Source: Aureliella sp.
GTDB lineage: Bacteria > Planctomycetota > Planctomycetia > Pirellulales > Pirellulaceae
DNA: 64,000 nucleotides
Reading direction: 5' to 3'
Assembly (NCBI GenBank): GCA_963691875.1
Contig: OY829846.1
Location: 3,232,001 to 3,296,000 of the forward strand
Below the pieces are notes generated by a model that searched no databases, had not been told where the DNA came from, and saw only the letters and a list, made by a program, of their open reading frames with translations. The stretch's first letter is position 1. Each line of letters begins with the position of its first letter. Below are positions 1 through 9,281 of the stretch, one piece after another. Made by a program: the position numbers and the translations under genes.

Positions 1-3000
1 GAGAACGCTGGAGATGCGCTTATTGCCACTCCAGGTGCTCGAGATCAGTACATCGGAAACATTTTAGCGCAGGACCGTGCTACCCTGAGCATTGGTGGCC
101 AGTTGGCGTCTCCATTCGACCTGGATTTCTATCGCTTTGACGTTCAATATGTTGGCCAAGCTCGGAATTCGCTCGACTCCGCGCAACTGGTCTTCGACAT
201 GGACTACGCGGATGGACTCAACCGTGCGGATACCAGCTTATCGGTCTTCCGGGTCACACCTGGATTCAACGAGCCGAACTATCAGTTGGTTCTGTTTGCG
301 GAAGACAGCAATATTGCTGACGACATCCGAAGCCCACTTGAGCTAACGGATATCGCCGACATGAGCCGCGGATCAGTCGGTCCAAAGGATCCGTTTATCG
401 GCTCCGTTGGTCTACCAGAAGGTCAGTATGCTGTGGCGGTTTCCCCGGCTGGCCGCATTCCTGCGGCGTTGAATGATGCTGGCACGCGTCGTACACCTCT
501 CTACTCCGTGCTGGACAATGATTCTTTCTCCGTCAATGGAACAGGCGTCTCATCTACCTTCAATCTAGGTGGTTATTCAGCCTTGGATCTTCCAAGAGCT
601 TACGTCACCGTCGGTGGTTTTGGAGGTGGAGACGTCTTTCTACGTGATGCGAACGGCCAGGACACCTTGATCGACACCTACGCAGGAGGTCGACAAGCGA
701 TCCTCGAACTAGGTGATTTTGCCGGTCAAGATGGACTGCAGCTTGTCTTTACTAACGGTGGATTCACCCAAGGGATCGATCTGACCGTCGGCTTCGCAGA
801 ACGAGGTGAGTCCATCAGTAACGCGGTTCCAGGTACAAGTTTTGTTGGGGTCCCCGTACCTCCCAGCACCCTTCAGTCTGGGGAGTACCAATTAGAAATT
901 CGCCAGGCACGCGACACCATCGTTGACACCAACGATCGAGCTGCGAATCAAGTTACCTTGATTGCTCCGCAGGGATCAGACCTCGATGACGGTGACACGT
1001 TCCTCCTGACTGACGCTGGCAATGCCATCACTTTCGAGTTCACGACGGATCAATTCGTAACCCCCGGAAACGTTCCAGTAGCTTTCAACGGGACAGAGAG
1101 TCCGGCTGAGATTGCGACCGCCATTCGCGACGCGATCAATGATCCAGGTGTTCAGTCCCGTTTTAACCTAAAAGCATCGGGCGCAGGTGGAGAGGAAACC
1201 GCTCCAAGTACCGATGCTAGAGTTCACTTGTATGGCCGCGCTGCCGGCGAGTTTGGCAAGCTAGGCGTTCAGTACCACAGCGGCTCGAGTGATAAGAACA
1301 CGCTACGTGATCAAGGCCAAGTCTTGATCAGCAATAACTTCATTCGACACTCCAGAGACTATGGAGTCTGGACGGAGCACGGTCAGCGAAGCTCTGATCC
1401 ACGCGACAATATCGGTTCCATTTGGCCTCTCGCCGGCTCGTCCATGTCCAGTCGGCCTGCCACTGGCAACACCGCACAGGGTGCGATTCGCAACCTGCGT
1501 GAGCCAAACAATGAAGTGCTCGGTGGGTTCGCGCCCGGTATCGTCGTTGAGAATAATATTCTTGAGAGTGGTGGACTAGGTGGCGTTCATGTTGCCGGCG
1601 AGCACCCAATCTTCATGATTTCTGCAGCCTTCATTCCGGGCTGGCGAGACAATCCTGATACGCAAGGTGACCACAGCACTGGTACAAGCACCGACCCTGC
1701 GGACCACTTCGGTACCTTGGTCGAAGACGGACTTGCGATGACAATTTCGGGCGGACGAACAACCGTCGATTTCGAGTTTGAGGACATGGCGGCTGATGGC
1801 GGTGGTGGAGATGGATACGCAGACACCAACGTTCCGATTTGGTATCGCCGTGATGGCGGTGCAGCCTACTTGCGTGGCTCTGCAGGTACGGTTGGTTTCA
1901 GTGCTTTAGAAACCATGCAAGCGATCCGCGATGCGATTCACGGTAGCATTTTGACAACAAACGGGACGACGCAGACAGTTAAGGCAACTGTGGCACCATC
2001 CTTCCTGCCAGAAGCTCTACTTAATCCCGGTATTGGGCCATCCGCTGGATTTATCAACTACTTCAATAACCCGGCTGTCTTCATCGAAGGCGTTTCGTCA
2101 ATTGAGTTCGGCTCTAGGAACCCATTCAATTTGCAACGCATTGATGCGGCAGAAACACCGCAAGCATTCGCGCGGATCGTAAACAATACCGTGTATGGCA
2201 ATGACGGCCGAGCTTCACTCGATGGTTCGGACCGATCGGCTGAAGAGCCCAATGACTTCATCCGAGAAGCGACTCAGACTTGGCAAGGCACTGGGCATAA
2301 TCCACAGACTTACACTGCGACAGCGACCTTGGCTGGAACAGATGTAGACATCTATCAATTCAAGCTAGATATCGGCGAGCGAGTGCGAATCGACATCGAT
2401 ACACCAGCTGGTACATCGGACTTAGATTCGCTCCTCCAGATTTTTGATGAAAGTGGTATTCGCCAAACACTATTAGATGGTGCTGGCAACGAAGTGAACT
2501 TCATCGACAACGCCGCCGCTCCAGGTGAAGATCTTGGGTTGGACCCATATCTCGACTTCACTGCGACAAGACCTGGTGTGTACTACGTCGCAGTCAGCGG
2601 CAGTGGAAACGTAGAGTTTGATCCTTTGTCCATGGCAGGAAGGACCGACGCGACAACCTCTGGGCAATACGATATCAACTTACAGGTACTTCACCCGCAG
2701 GAATTCACCGTCACGGTGCAGGACCCAAGTGCTTATCCAGCTGGAAGCTTCTTCCGCGTGTATCAGGTTGCAGACTTTGCTGACGGAACAAACTTCCGCG
2801 AGTTCGAGTTTGTTGATGGCGGCGGCGGAGCGAGCAATGGAAGAATTCCAATCAACATTGACTACGCGGAATTCCGAGTTTCGGATGTTGCTCGCGCGAT
2901 CGCTGGGGCAATCTCTGCTGCAGGGATGGGAAATGCACAGGCCTTAAGCAATGGCGACTTTAATGATGCTAGCCCTCTAGCCGGCGTTACTGCCACAGCT

Positions 3001-6000
3001 CTAGGCGGTATCGACGGAGTTGAAGCTGGCTTGCAGCTGTTTGGAGGACGTCCCGATGGACTCGACGGGAGTCACTCTAGTCGCGGGATCGGGCATGATC
3101 GAACCGATTCAGCCGAAATAAGTGGTACTTCGGACGGAGCTGGTACTCAGGAGCGTTTTGTTGTCATAGAGAACGCAGCATGGGTCGAAGGCCGAGGAGT
3201 GATTCAGGTCAATCCAGATTTGAACGCTAGCAGTAATGTTGATCAATTGCTGCCTGAGTCTGGAGTCCTCGTTTCGGGTGGTAGCTCACCAACTTTGATG
3301 AACAACGTGTTTGTCAACGTGCAAACGCCGATCTTCTCAGAGGGCGGGACAAAGCCAGGTGAAGTGATTGTCGGTGGTTCGGCATACCAGTTTTCACAAG
3401 GTGCACCGACGAATGTACCTAACACCGGACTCGACTTTAATTTTGTCTTGCCTAACGATCACGTTGTGTTTGAAAACGCTCAGGCAAGTGTATTCTTGCC
3501 GGCTGAGAATTCACTGATCATCGACAGTAGTGTCGATTCGTTGGAAGAGCGAGAGAGCTTCCGCACGATTAAGGAAGCCGTCGGAATCGACATCTCGCCA
3601 GTTCTTGCACCAACTCACGATGCCACAGGTCAGCTACGTGTGGATGATCCATCCGTGTCTCCACCGAACGGCCCTGGTTCGGATGTCTTTAAAGATCGCG
3701 GTGCACTGGATCGAGCTGATTTTATTGGTCCAGTCGCCGAAGCCTTGCGACCGCTTGATAACGATTCGCGGGGTGACGACCAAGACACAACGGTTTCGGT
3801 AATTCAGCTTGAGAGCGGCGTATTCCCCGAATTCCGCATACAGCTAGTTGACGCCAGTGCGATTCGACCAGCACGTGGAATCAATGATCCTGGGCAAGCA
3901 GTAACTTTGTTCGAGAACGGACTCCTATTGATCGAAGGATTCGACTACAGCTTCTCGTTCAACAGCACAACCAGCGAGCTGATCTTTACGCCTCTAGCCG
4001 GTGTTTGGAAGAATGGTGCGGTTTACGAAATTGCGATCAACAACCGAGATCGCTTTGTAATTGAAGCTCCTTCGGGTGACGCATACGCCGACGGCGACAG
4101 CTTTACCATTACCGACACATCCAATGGTAAAGTATTCTTTGAGTTCGATAGTGGCTATGAACTGCAAGTCCCTCAAGGGCTTTCGATGCAGATTCCTTTA
4201 GCTGGTGGAGCTCAAGGCGGCATTGTTGATGGCGATCGATTCTCTTTAGTAATCAGTGGTGTAACCACCACCTTTGAATTCGACCGTAACAACAACCTAC
4301 TTCCTGGCAACATTCCAATCACTTTCGCCTATGGTGACACCCAGGAAGAAATCATTCAGAAGATCGTTACTGCGATTCAAGGTAGTGGTTTTGCTGTAGC
4401 ACCAAAGGTAGTCGGTGGCGGAACACTGTTCTTCGGCTCTGAACTAGGTGCTCAGCTTGACACAAACTTCACTACGATTGATCAGCCTGCAACGACTGCT
4501 GCACTGCGAGTACCAACCCTTGGGCCTCGTCCTGGTGGAGTCGTCGACGGTCAGACCTTTGTAGTCAGTGATGGTACCCGCTCGATTACGTTTGAGTATG
4601 AAACCATGGGTGGAGTTACTCCTGGCAATACTTTGGTTGATATTTCGACCGCACTGATTGCGGAAGACGTGGCCAATGCGACACTTGTGGCAATCAATAA
4701 CAGCGGACTGAATCTGAACGCGACTCTAGTGTCTCCGTTGCTAATTCACCTTGGATTAAGTGACAATGGCTCGGTCGACGCGGCGACATCTGGCCTGACT
4801 GCCGTGGGTGTAGCCCGCACACTTGGTGACGGACAAACCTTTACGGTTTCGACACCTACCGGCTCCGCAACTTACGAGTTCGATAACGATGGCTCAGTCT
4901 CGGCAGGCAACGTTGCGATCCCAATAGCAATCACGGATACAGAAGGAGAAATTGGGGAACGTATTGCATCGGCAATCGTTGGCTCATCTCTTGGACTGAG
5001 CCCAGCCCACGTCGGTGGCGGCAAAGTTTCCATTGGCGGCACTGTCGATGACCAGGTCGATGTGTCGAACTCGCAATTGGGACTATTCGGTGAACCAGGT
5101 GTTCGTCCTGGAACAAGACTGAACGTATTCGGTCCACTTCTGCTATCTGTACCGAACAGCGGTGGAGCGAACATTCCGGACAACGCAACCTTCGTTATCA
5201 ATGCAAACAATCAGACCGTTGTGTTTGAGTTCGACTCAGACTTTAGCGGCCCATCGTTGCCTGGCAACGTCACTATCAACTTTGATGGATTGACCACGCA
5301 AGCTGATTTGACTCTGGCGATCATCGCAGCGATCAACTCTTCCAGCCTGGGAATCACAGCCAGCAATCAAGGTGCTGGGGTTCTGAGTGTTGGAGCTCTA
5401 CAGGCCAGCGATGTCATTCTTAACGATTCGACTCTGACGACCTCCCGTGGCGTCGTGAGCGACGGTGAAGTCTTCTCCATTAGCAATGGTGTAGATCGCA
5501 TTACCTTCGAATTTGATAACGCAGATTTGGGTAATGGCTTCAATCTGGGCAACGTGCCAATCTTGTTCAACAGCACGAGCACTTCGCAGAGTGTTGTCGA
5601 AAGCATGAAGGCCGCGATCGAAAGCACTTCACTTGGTCTTAGCCCGACCGTGCTCGACTCAAGTACGCTTCAACTGAACGATACGCCTCGATTTAGCACT
5701 GATGTTTCAGCAGCCCCCACATTGCTGCAAACAGGAGTTCCAGGCGGTGCGAAGCCAGTGACGTTTATTCGGCACCCAAGCTTCACGGGTTCCGACGTGA
5801 AACAAGCTATCGTGGCTGCAATCAATGGCTCCACAGATACGAACCTTATTGCCGCTGACCGTGGGAGTAACACGCTGTTCGTTGAAAATGCTCTGAACAT
5901 CAGCCCAGAAATTGGCAGCTTCTTCCTGCAAGGGGTCGCTGACTTGGCTGGTAATCTGCTTCAGGCAAACCGCATCAACAACGAAACGCAATTCACTATC

Positions 6001-8982
6001 CTGATGCCAGGTGTTGCTCTGGATTACGGTGACGCGCCTGATCCTTTCACAACAACTTCTGGTCGTTACCCGACTCAGCATGAGAACGATGGTGCACGAC
6101 ACGTTGTTGGAACCGATGCCTTGCTCGGTGCGACGATTACCGCAGAGCCGGATGGCCAACCTACACCGCTCGGCGACGGGGACTTGGACGATGGTGTTAC
6201 CTTCGGTGCGAATCTGCTGCAACCTGGTGTGTTCAATCGTAATGTGTTCACATCGATTGATGTAACTCTCTCGTCGCCTGGTTTTGTCGATGCTTGGATT
6301 GACTTCAATGCGGATGGCGACTGGGATGATCCAGGAGAACAGATTCTCCGATCCGAACGATTCGACGGAAGTAGCCTGTCGCAAACCTTCATGGTAACGG
6401 TGCCATCGACCTCACCTGTGCCCAATGGCCCCACTACCACTTTTGCTCGCTTCCGTAGTAGCACAACAGGTGGCTTGATTCCGACTGGACTCTCGGTTGG
6501 TGGTGAAGTTGAAGATTATGCGGTAACCATTGTTCCTGGCGATCCACCAGTAGCAGTCAACGATACCTACACAGTGAATGAAGACGCGACGCTGACCACC
6601 ACGGACAGCACAGGCACAACCACGCCGAACTTCACAACTGATGACGGTATCGCCGCAAACGACACCGATCCAAATGGCGACAGCCTAGCAGTGGTTGTAA
6701 TTGATCCACCGCAGCATGCTTCGCTGTTCCTAATGGATTCCGATGGAACGTTTACGTACACGCCTGAGGCAGACTTCAGCGGGACTGACACCTTCACTTA
6801 TCGTGTCAACGATGGAACATTGGCTTCCAACAACATTGGAACCGTTGTGATCAACGTGGCCGAAGTCAACGACGCACCGGTCGCGGCCAACGACAGTCTT
6901 GTCATCAACGAAGACGAGTTGCTAGACATTAGCGAAGCAGACTTGTTGGCAAACGACAGTGCAGGTCCTGGAAACTCTGAGGACTCGCAGACTCTGACAA
7001 TCACTTCTGTAAGTAGTGTTTCTGCTCAGGGTGGTACGGTTCAGATCGACAACGGTCGCGTCAAATACTTGCCGCCGAGCGATTTCAGTGGCGTCGATAC
7101 CTTTGTCTACACGGTTACCGACAACGGTACGACGGCAGGAGCCGCGGCCCCACTAAGTGCATCGGCAACAGTGACTGTTACGGTCCTGGACAAGAACGAT
7201 GCTCCGACCCCAGGCAATGATTTTCTGACGACGCTAGAGGACACTCCCGCAAGCGTTTCGACTGATGATTTGATCAGCAACGACAGCCCTGGACCGGGGA
7301 ACGAATCGACTCAGGTGCTACAATTCAAATCTGCTGCAACGACCAGCCTGAACGGTGGTACAGTTTCCGTGGACACCAACAGTGGCCTGGTAACCTACAC
7401 GCCGCCTGCCGACTTTGTTGGAACTGACACGTTTACTTACGTCGTTGAAGACAACGGCCTCAGTGGTGGTCTGCCTGACCCGGCCGAAGCAACTGGAACG
7501 GTGACGGTTACTGTCACCGGAGAAAATGATGCTCCGCGTATTGCAGCTCCGTTCGGTGTTATCCCGATGCAGGAGGATGCTCCAGCACGCATCATCAACC
7601 TCAATGACATCTTTGTCGATCCGGACGTTGCTACGAGCGGTGATGTACTCACCTTCACGATCGTCGACAATGATAATGCCTCGCTGGTAACTCCTGTCAT
7701 CACTGGCTCGCAATTGCAACTGCAGCTTGAGGCGGATCAAAATGGCCAGGCATTGGTCGTAGTCAAGGCTGAGGATGCAGCTGGGCTTTCGATCCAAGAC
7801 ACTCTGACGCTGACAGTTGTCCCTGTGAACGACGCACCAAGATTGGTGCAGGCGTTGCCAGACATCACCACTGACGAAGATGTAGACCCTGCGGTAATTA
7901 CCTTGGCCCCAGACTTCTTCTTCGATCCAGATGTGACGCTCAACGGCGACTTGCTGACGTTCTCAGTCATTGGCAACAGCAATCCAGCCTTGGTCACTCC
8001 TGTCGTCGCAGGTAACCAACTGGCACTGCAGCTAACTGCCAACCAATCGGGTACTGCGGTAATTAGCATCAGAGCCGAAGATACCGAAGGTCAAGCGATC
8101 ATCGATACCTTTAACTTGACCGTGAATCCGGTAAATGACGTGCCTGTCACGATGCCAGACAGCTATGTGGTGCCACAAGGAACTGAGCTAGTCACTACCG
8201 ACCCACGCGGCTCGATTCCAGGCACGGAAAACGATGGTGTCTTGGCAAATGATGTCGATCCAGAAGGTGCGACGTTGAGTGCACTGTTGGTTGACGCTCC
8301 TGCTCATGCCAGCAGCTTTACACTGAACGCGAACGGAACGTTTACCTACCAGCACGACTTCACTGCTGGTCGGCAACTCGACTTCTTCACTTACATCGCA
8401 TCGGATGGAATTGGTCAAAGTACCACGACGACGGTCACAATTGAGATTGCTCCCCCGCCACCGCCGCCGCACCAGAATCCATCCGATCCATTCGATGTAA
8501 ACGCAGATGGCTTCATCAGCCCGATCGACGCGTTGCTGGTGATTAACTTCCTGAACACAACAGGTGCCGTCCCGGTTGCTGGCCTGCCTAGTCCACCTCC
8601 TTATCGGGATGTCAATGGCGACAACTTCATCACGCCAATCGATGCCCTGAGCGTCATCAACGAGTTAAATCAGAACTCGGCTGGCAACGGCGAAGGCGAG
8701 TTTCTTGATGGCTCCTTTGCTTATCCATTGCATTTGTTCGGTTCGGAGTACGTGTTTGCTGCTAGCGAAAACCGTCGCATTGGAATGCGTGACGTGCAGC
8801 GTGAAGACGACATGGTTTATGGTCCTGCCCTGCCGGTGACTGATGTTGTGTTCGCTGAGGTAGCTGCTGCTGACACGGTGCCGGCTGATACAAGCTGGGT
8901 TGAAGATGAAGCTGACGAAGAGGAAACGCACCTAGCATTGGACCAACTACTGGAAAGCGAGTTCGGCGAAGATCTGTCATAA
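1..8982 (+). CDS. Giant secreted multidomain surface protein/adhesin, 5'-truncated by the window edge (PPC-like, beta-helix, TFEFD repeats, GEVED, ~6 cadherin-like repeats, dockerin-like C-terminus)
   Basis: Frame is open from base 1 (ENAGDALIATPG...), so 103 is not the true start. Motifs: DVDIYQF PPC-like, ARIVNNT beta-helix, DYGDAP...GGEVEDY, repeated VNDAP, paired DVNxDGxISPIDAL followed by GEGE. Confidence 0.9.
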   Translation, partial: ENAGDALIATPGARDQYIGNILAQDRATLSIGGQLASPFDLDFYRFDVQYVGQARNSLDSAQLVFDMDYADGLNRADTSLSVFRVTPGFNEPNYQLVLFAEDSNIADDIRSPLELTDIADMSRGSVGPKDPFIGSVGLPEGQYAVAVSPAGRIPAALNDAGTRRTPLYSVLDNDSFSVNGTGVSSTFNLGGYSALDLPRAYVTVGGFGGGDVFLRDANGQDTLIDTYAGGRQAILELGDFAGQDGLQLVFTNGGFTQGIDLTVGFAERGESISNAVPGTSFVGVPVPPSTLQSGEYQLEIRQARDTIVDTNDRAANQVTLIAPQGSDLDDGDTFLLTDAGNAITFEFTTDQFVTPGNVPVAFNGTESPAEIATAIRDAINDPGVQSRFNLKASGAGGEETAPSTDARVHLYGRAAGEFGKLGVQYHSGSSDKNTLRDQGQVLISNNFIRHSRDYGVWTEHGQRSSDPRDNIGSIWPLAGSSMSSRPATGNTAQGAIRNLREPNNEVLGGFAPGIVVENNILESGGLGGVHVAGEHPIFMISAAFIPGWRDNPDTQGDHSTGTSTDPADHFGTLVEDGLAMTISGGRTTVDFEFEDMAADGGGGDGYADTNVPIWYRRDGGAAYLRGSAGTVGFSALETMQAIRDAIHGSILTTNGTTQTVKATVAPSFLPEALLNPGIGPSAGFINYFNNPAVFIEGVSSIEFGSRNPFNLQRIDAAETPQAFARIVNNTVYGNDGRASLDGSDRSAEEPNDFIREATQTWQGTGHNPQTYTATATLAGTDVDIYQFKLDIGERVRIDIDTPAGTSDLDSLLQIFDESGIRQTLLDGAGNEVNFIDNAAAPGEDLGLDPYLDFTATRPGVYYVAVSGSGNVEFDPLSMAGRTDATTSGQYDINLQVLHPQEFTVTVQDPSAYPAGSFFRVYQVADFADGTNFREFEFVDGGGGASNGRIPINIDYAEFRVSDVARAIAGAISAAGMGNAQALSNGDFNDASPLAGVTATALGGIDGVEAGLQLFGGRPDGLDGSHSSRGIGHDRTDSAEISGTSDGAGTQERFVVIENAAWVEGRGVIQVNPDLNASSNVDQLLPESGVLVSGGSSPTLMNNVFVNVQTPIFSEGGTKPGEVIVGGSAYQFSQGAPTNVPNTGLDFNFVLPNDHVVFENAQASVFLPAENSLIIDSSVDSLEERESFRTIKEAVGIDISPVLAPTHDATGQLRVDDPSVSPPNGPGSDVFKDRGALDRADFIGPVAEALRPLDNDSRGDDQDTTVSVIQLESGVFPEFRIQLVDASAIRPARGINDPGQAVTLFENGLLLIEGFDYSFSFNSTTSELIFTPLAGVWKNGAVYEIAINNRDRFVIEAPSGDAYADGDSFTITDTSNGKVFFEFDSGYELQVPQGLSMQIPLAGGAQGGIVDGDRFSLVISGVTTTFEFDRNNNLLPGNIPITFAYGDTQEEIIQKIVTAIQGSGFAVAPKVVGGGTLFFGSELGAQLDTNFTTIDQPATTAALRVPTLGPRPGGVVDGQTFVVSDGTRSITFEYETMGGVTPGNTLVDISTALIAEDVANATLVAINNSGLNLNATLVSPLLIHLGLSDNGSVDAATSGLTAVGVARTLGDGQTFTVSTPTGSATYEFDNDGSVSAGNVAIPIAITDTEGEIGERIASAIVGSSLGLSPAHVGGGKVSIGGTVDDQVDVSNSQLGLFGEPGVRPGTRLNVFGPLLLSVPNSGGANIPDNATFVINANNQTVVFEFDSDFSGPSLPGNVTINFDGLTTQADLTLAIIAAINSSSLGITASNQGAGVLSVGALQASDVILNDSTLTTSRGVVSDGEVFSISNGVDRITFEFDNADLGNGFNLGNVPILFNSTSTSQSVVESMKAAIESTSLGLSPTVLDSSTLQLNDTPRFSTDVSAAPTLLQTGVPGGAKPVTFIRHPSFTGSDVKQAIVAAINGSTDTNLIAADRGSNTLFVENALNISPEIGSFFLQGVADLAGNLLQANRINNETQFTILMPGVALDYGDAPDPFTTTSGRYPTQHENDGARHVVGTDALLGATITAEPDGQPTPLGDGDLDDGVTFGANLLQPGVFNRNVFTSIDVTLSSPGFVDAWIDFNADGDWDDPGEQILRSERFDGSSLSQTFMVTVPSTSPVPNGPTTTFARFRSSTTGGLIPTGLSVGGEVEDYAVTIVPGDPPVAVNDTYTVNEDATLTTTDSTGTTTPNFTTDDGIAANDTDPNGDSLAVVVIDPPQHASLFLMDSDGTFTYTPEADFSGTDTFTYRVNDGTLASNNIGTVVINVAEVNDAPVAANDSLVINEDELLDISEADLLANDSAGPGNSEDSQTLTITSVSSVSAQGGTVQIDNGRVKYLPPSDFSGVDTFVYTVTDNGTTAGAAAPLSASATVTVTVLDKNDAPTPGNDFLTTLEDTPASVSTDDLISNDSPGPGNESTQVLQFKSAATTSLNGGTVSVDTNSGLVTYTPPADFVGTDTFTYVVEDNGLSGGLPDPAEATGTVTVTVTGENDAPRIAAPFGVIPMQEDAPARIINLNDIFVDPDVATSGDVLTFTIVDNDNASLVTPVITGSQLQLQLEADQNGQALVVVKAEDAAGLSIQDTLTLTVVPVNDAPRLVQALPDITTDEDVDPAVITLAPDFFFDPDVTLNGDLLTFSVIGNSNPALVTPVVAGNQLALQLTANQSGTAVISIRAEDTEGQAIIDTFNLTVNPVNDVPVTMPDSYVVPQGTELVTTDPRGSIPGTENDGVLANDVDPEGATLSALLVDAPAHASSFTLNANGTFTYQHDFTAGRQLDFFTYIASDGIGQSTTTTVTIEIAPPPPPPHQNPSDPFDVNADGFISPIDALLVINFLNTTGAVPVAGLPSPPPYRDVNGDNFITPIDALSVINELNQNSAGNGEGEFLDGSFAYPLHLFGSEYVFAASENRRIGMRDVQREDDMVYGPALPVTDVVFAEVAAADTVPADTSWVEDEADEEETHLALDQLLESEFGEDLS

Positions 8983-9281
8983 TGATGACTGGCAGCAGGC
9001 AGTTGGATGCTGTGCTGCCCGGCGATCTAGGCGGCTTGCAACCCACCAAGACACAGGCAATGCCTGAACCCCAAGGAGTGACTTATCACGTCAACCTGCC
9101 AAAACAGACTCTCCTGGCGAGAGTTACAAAACTAACTTTTTTCCGGCTCAGGGCCACAAGTGATCACCGCTTGGCGTCTTGAGTCGTATCCGTGTCATTA
9201 GGCCCCTTTGGTGCCAACAATGTCACGGACACTTATCATAAAAATACTTACTTCAACCTGAGTGACCATAAGGTAAGTCGA

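Noticed and set aside
8982..9182. 66-aa ORF between the giant genes
   Set aside because: No recognisable motif; the region reads better as a regulatory spacer.
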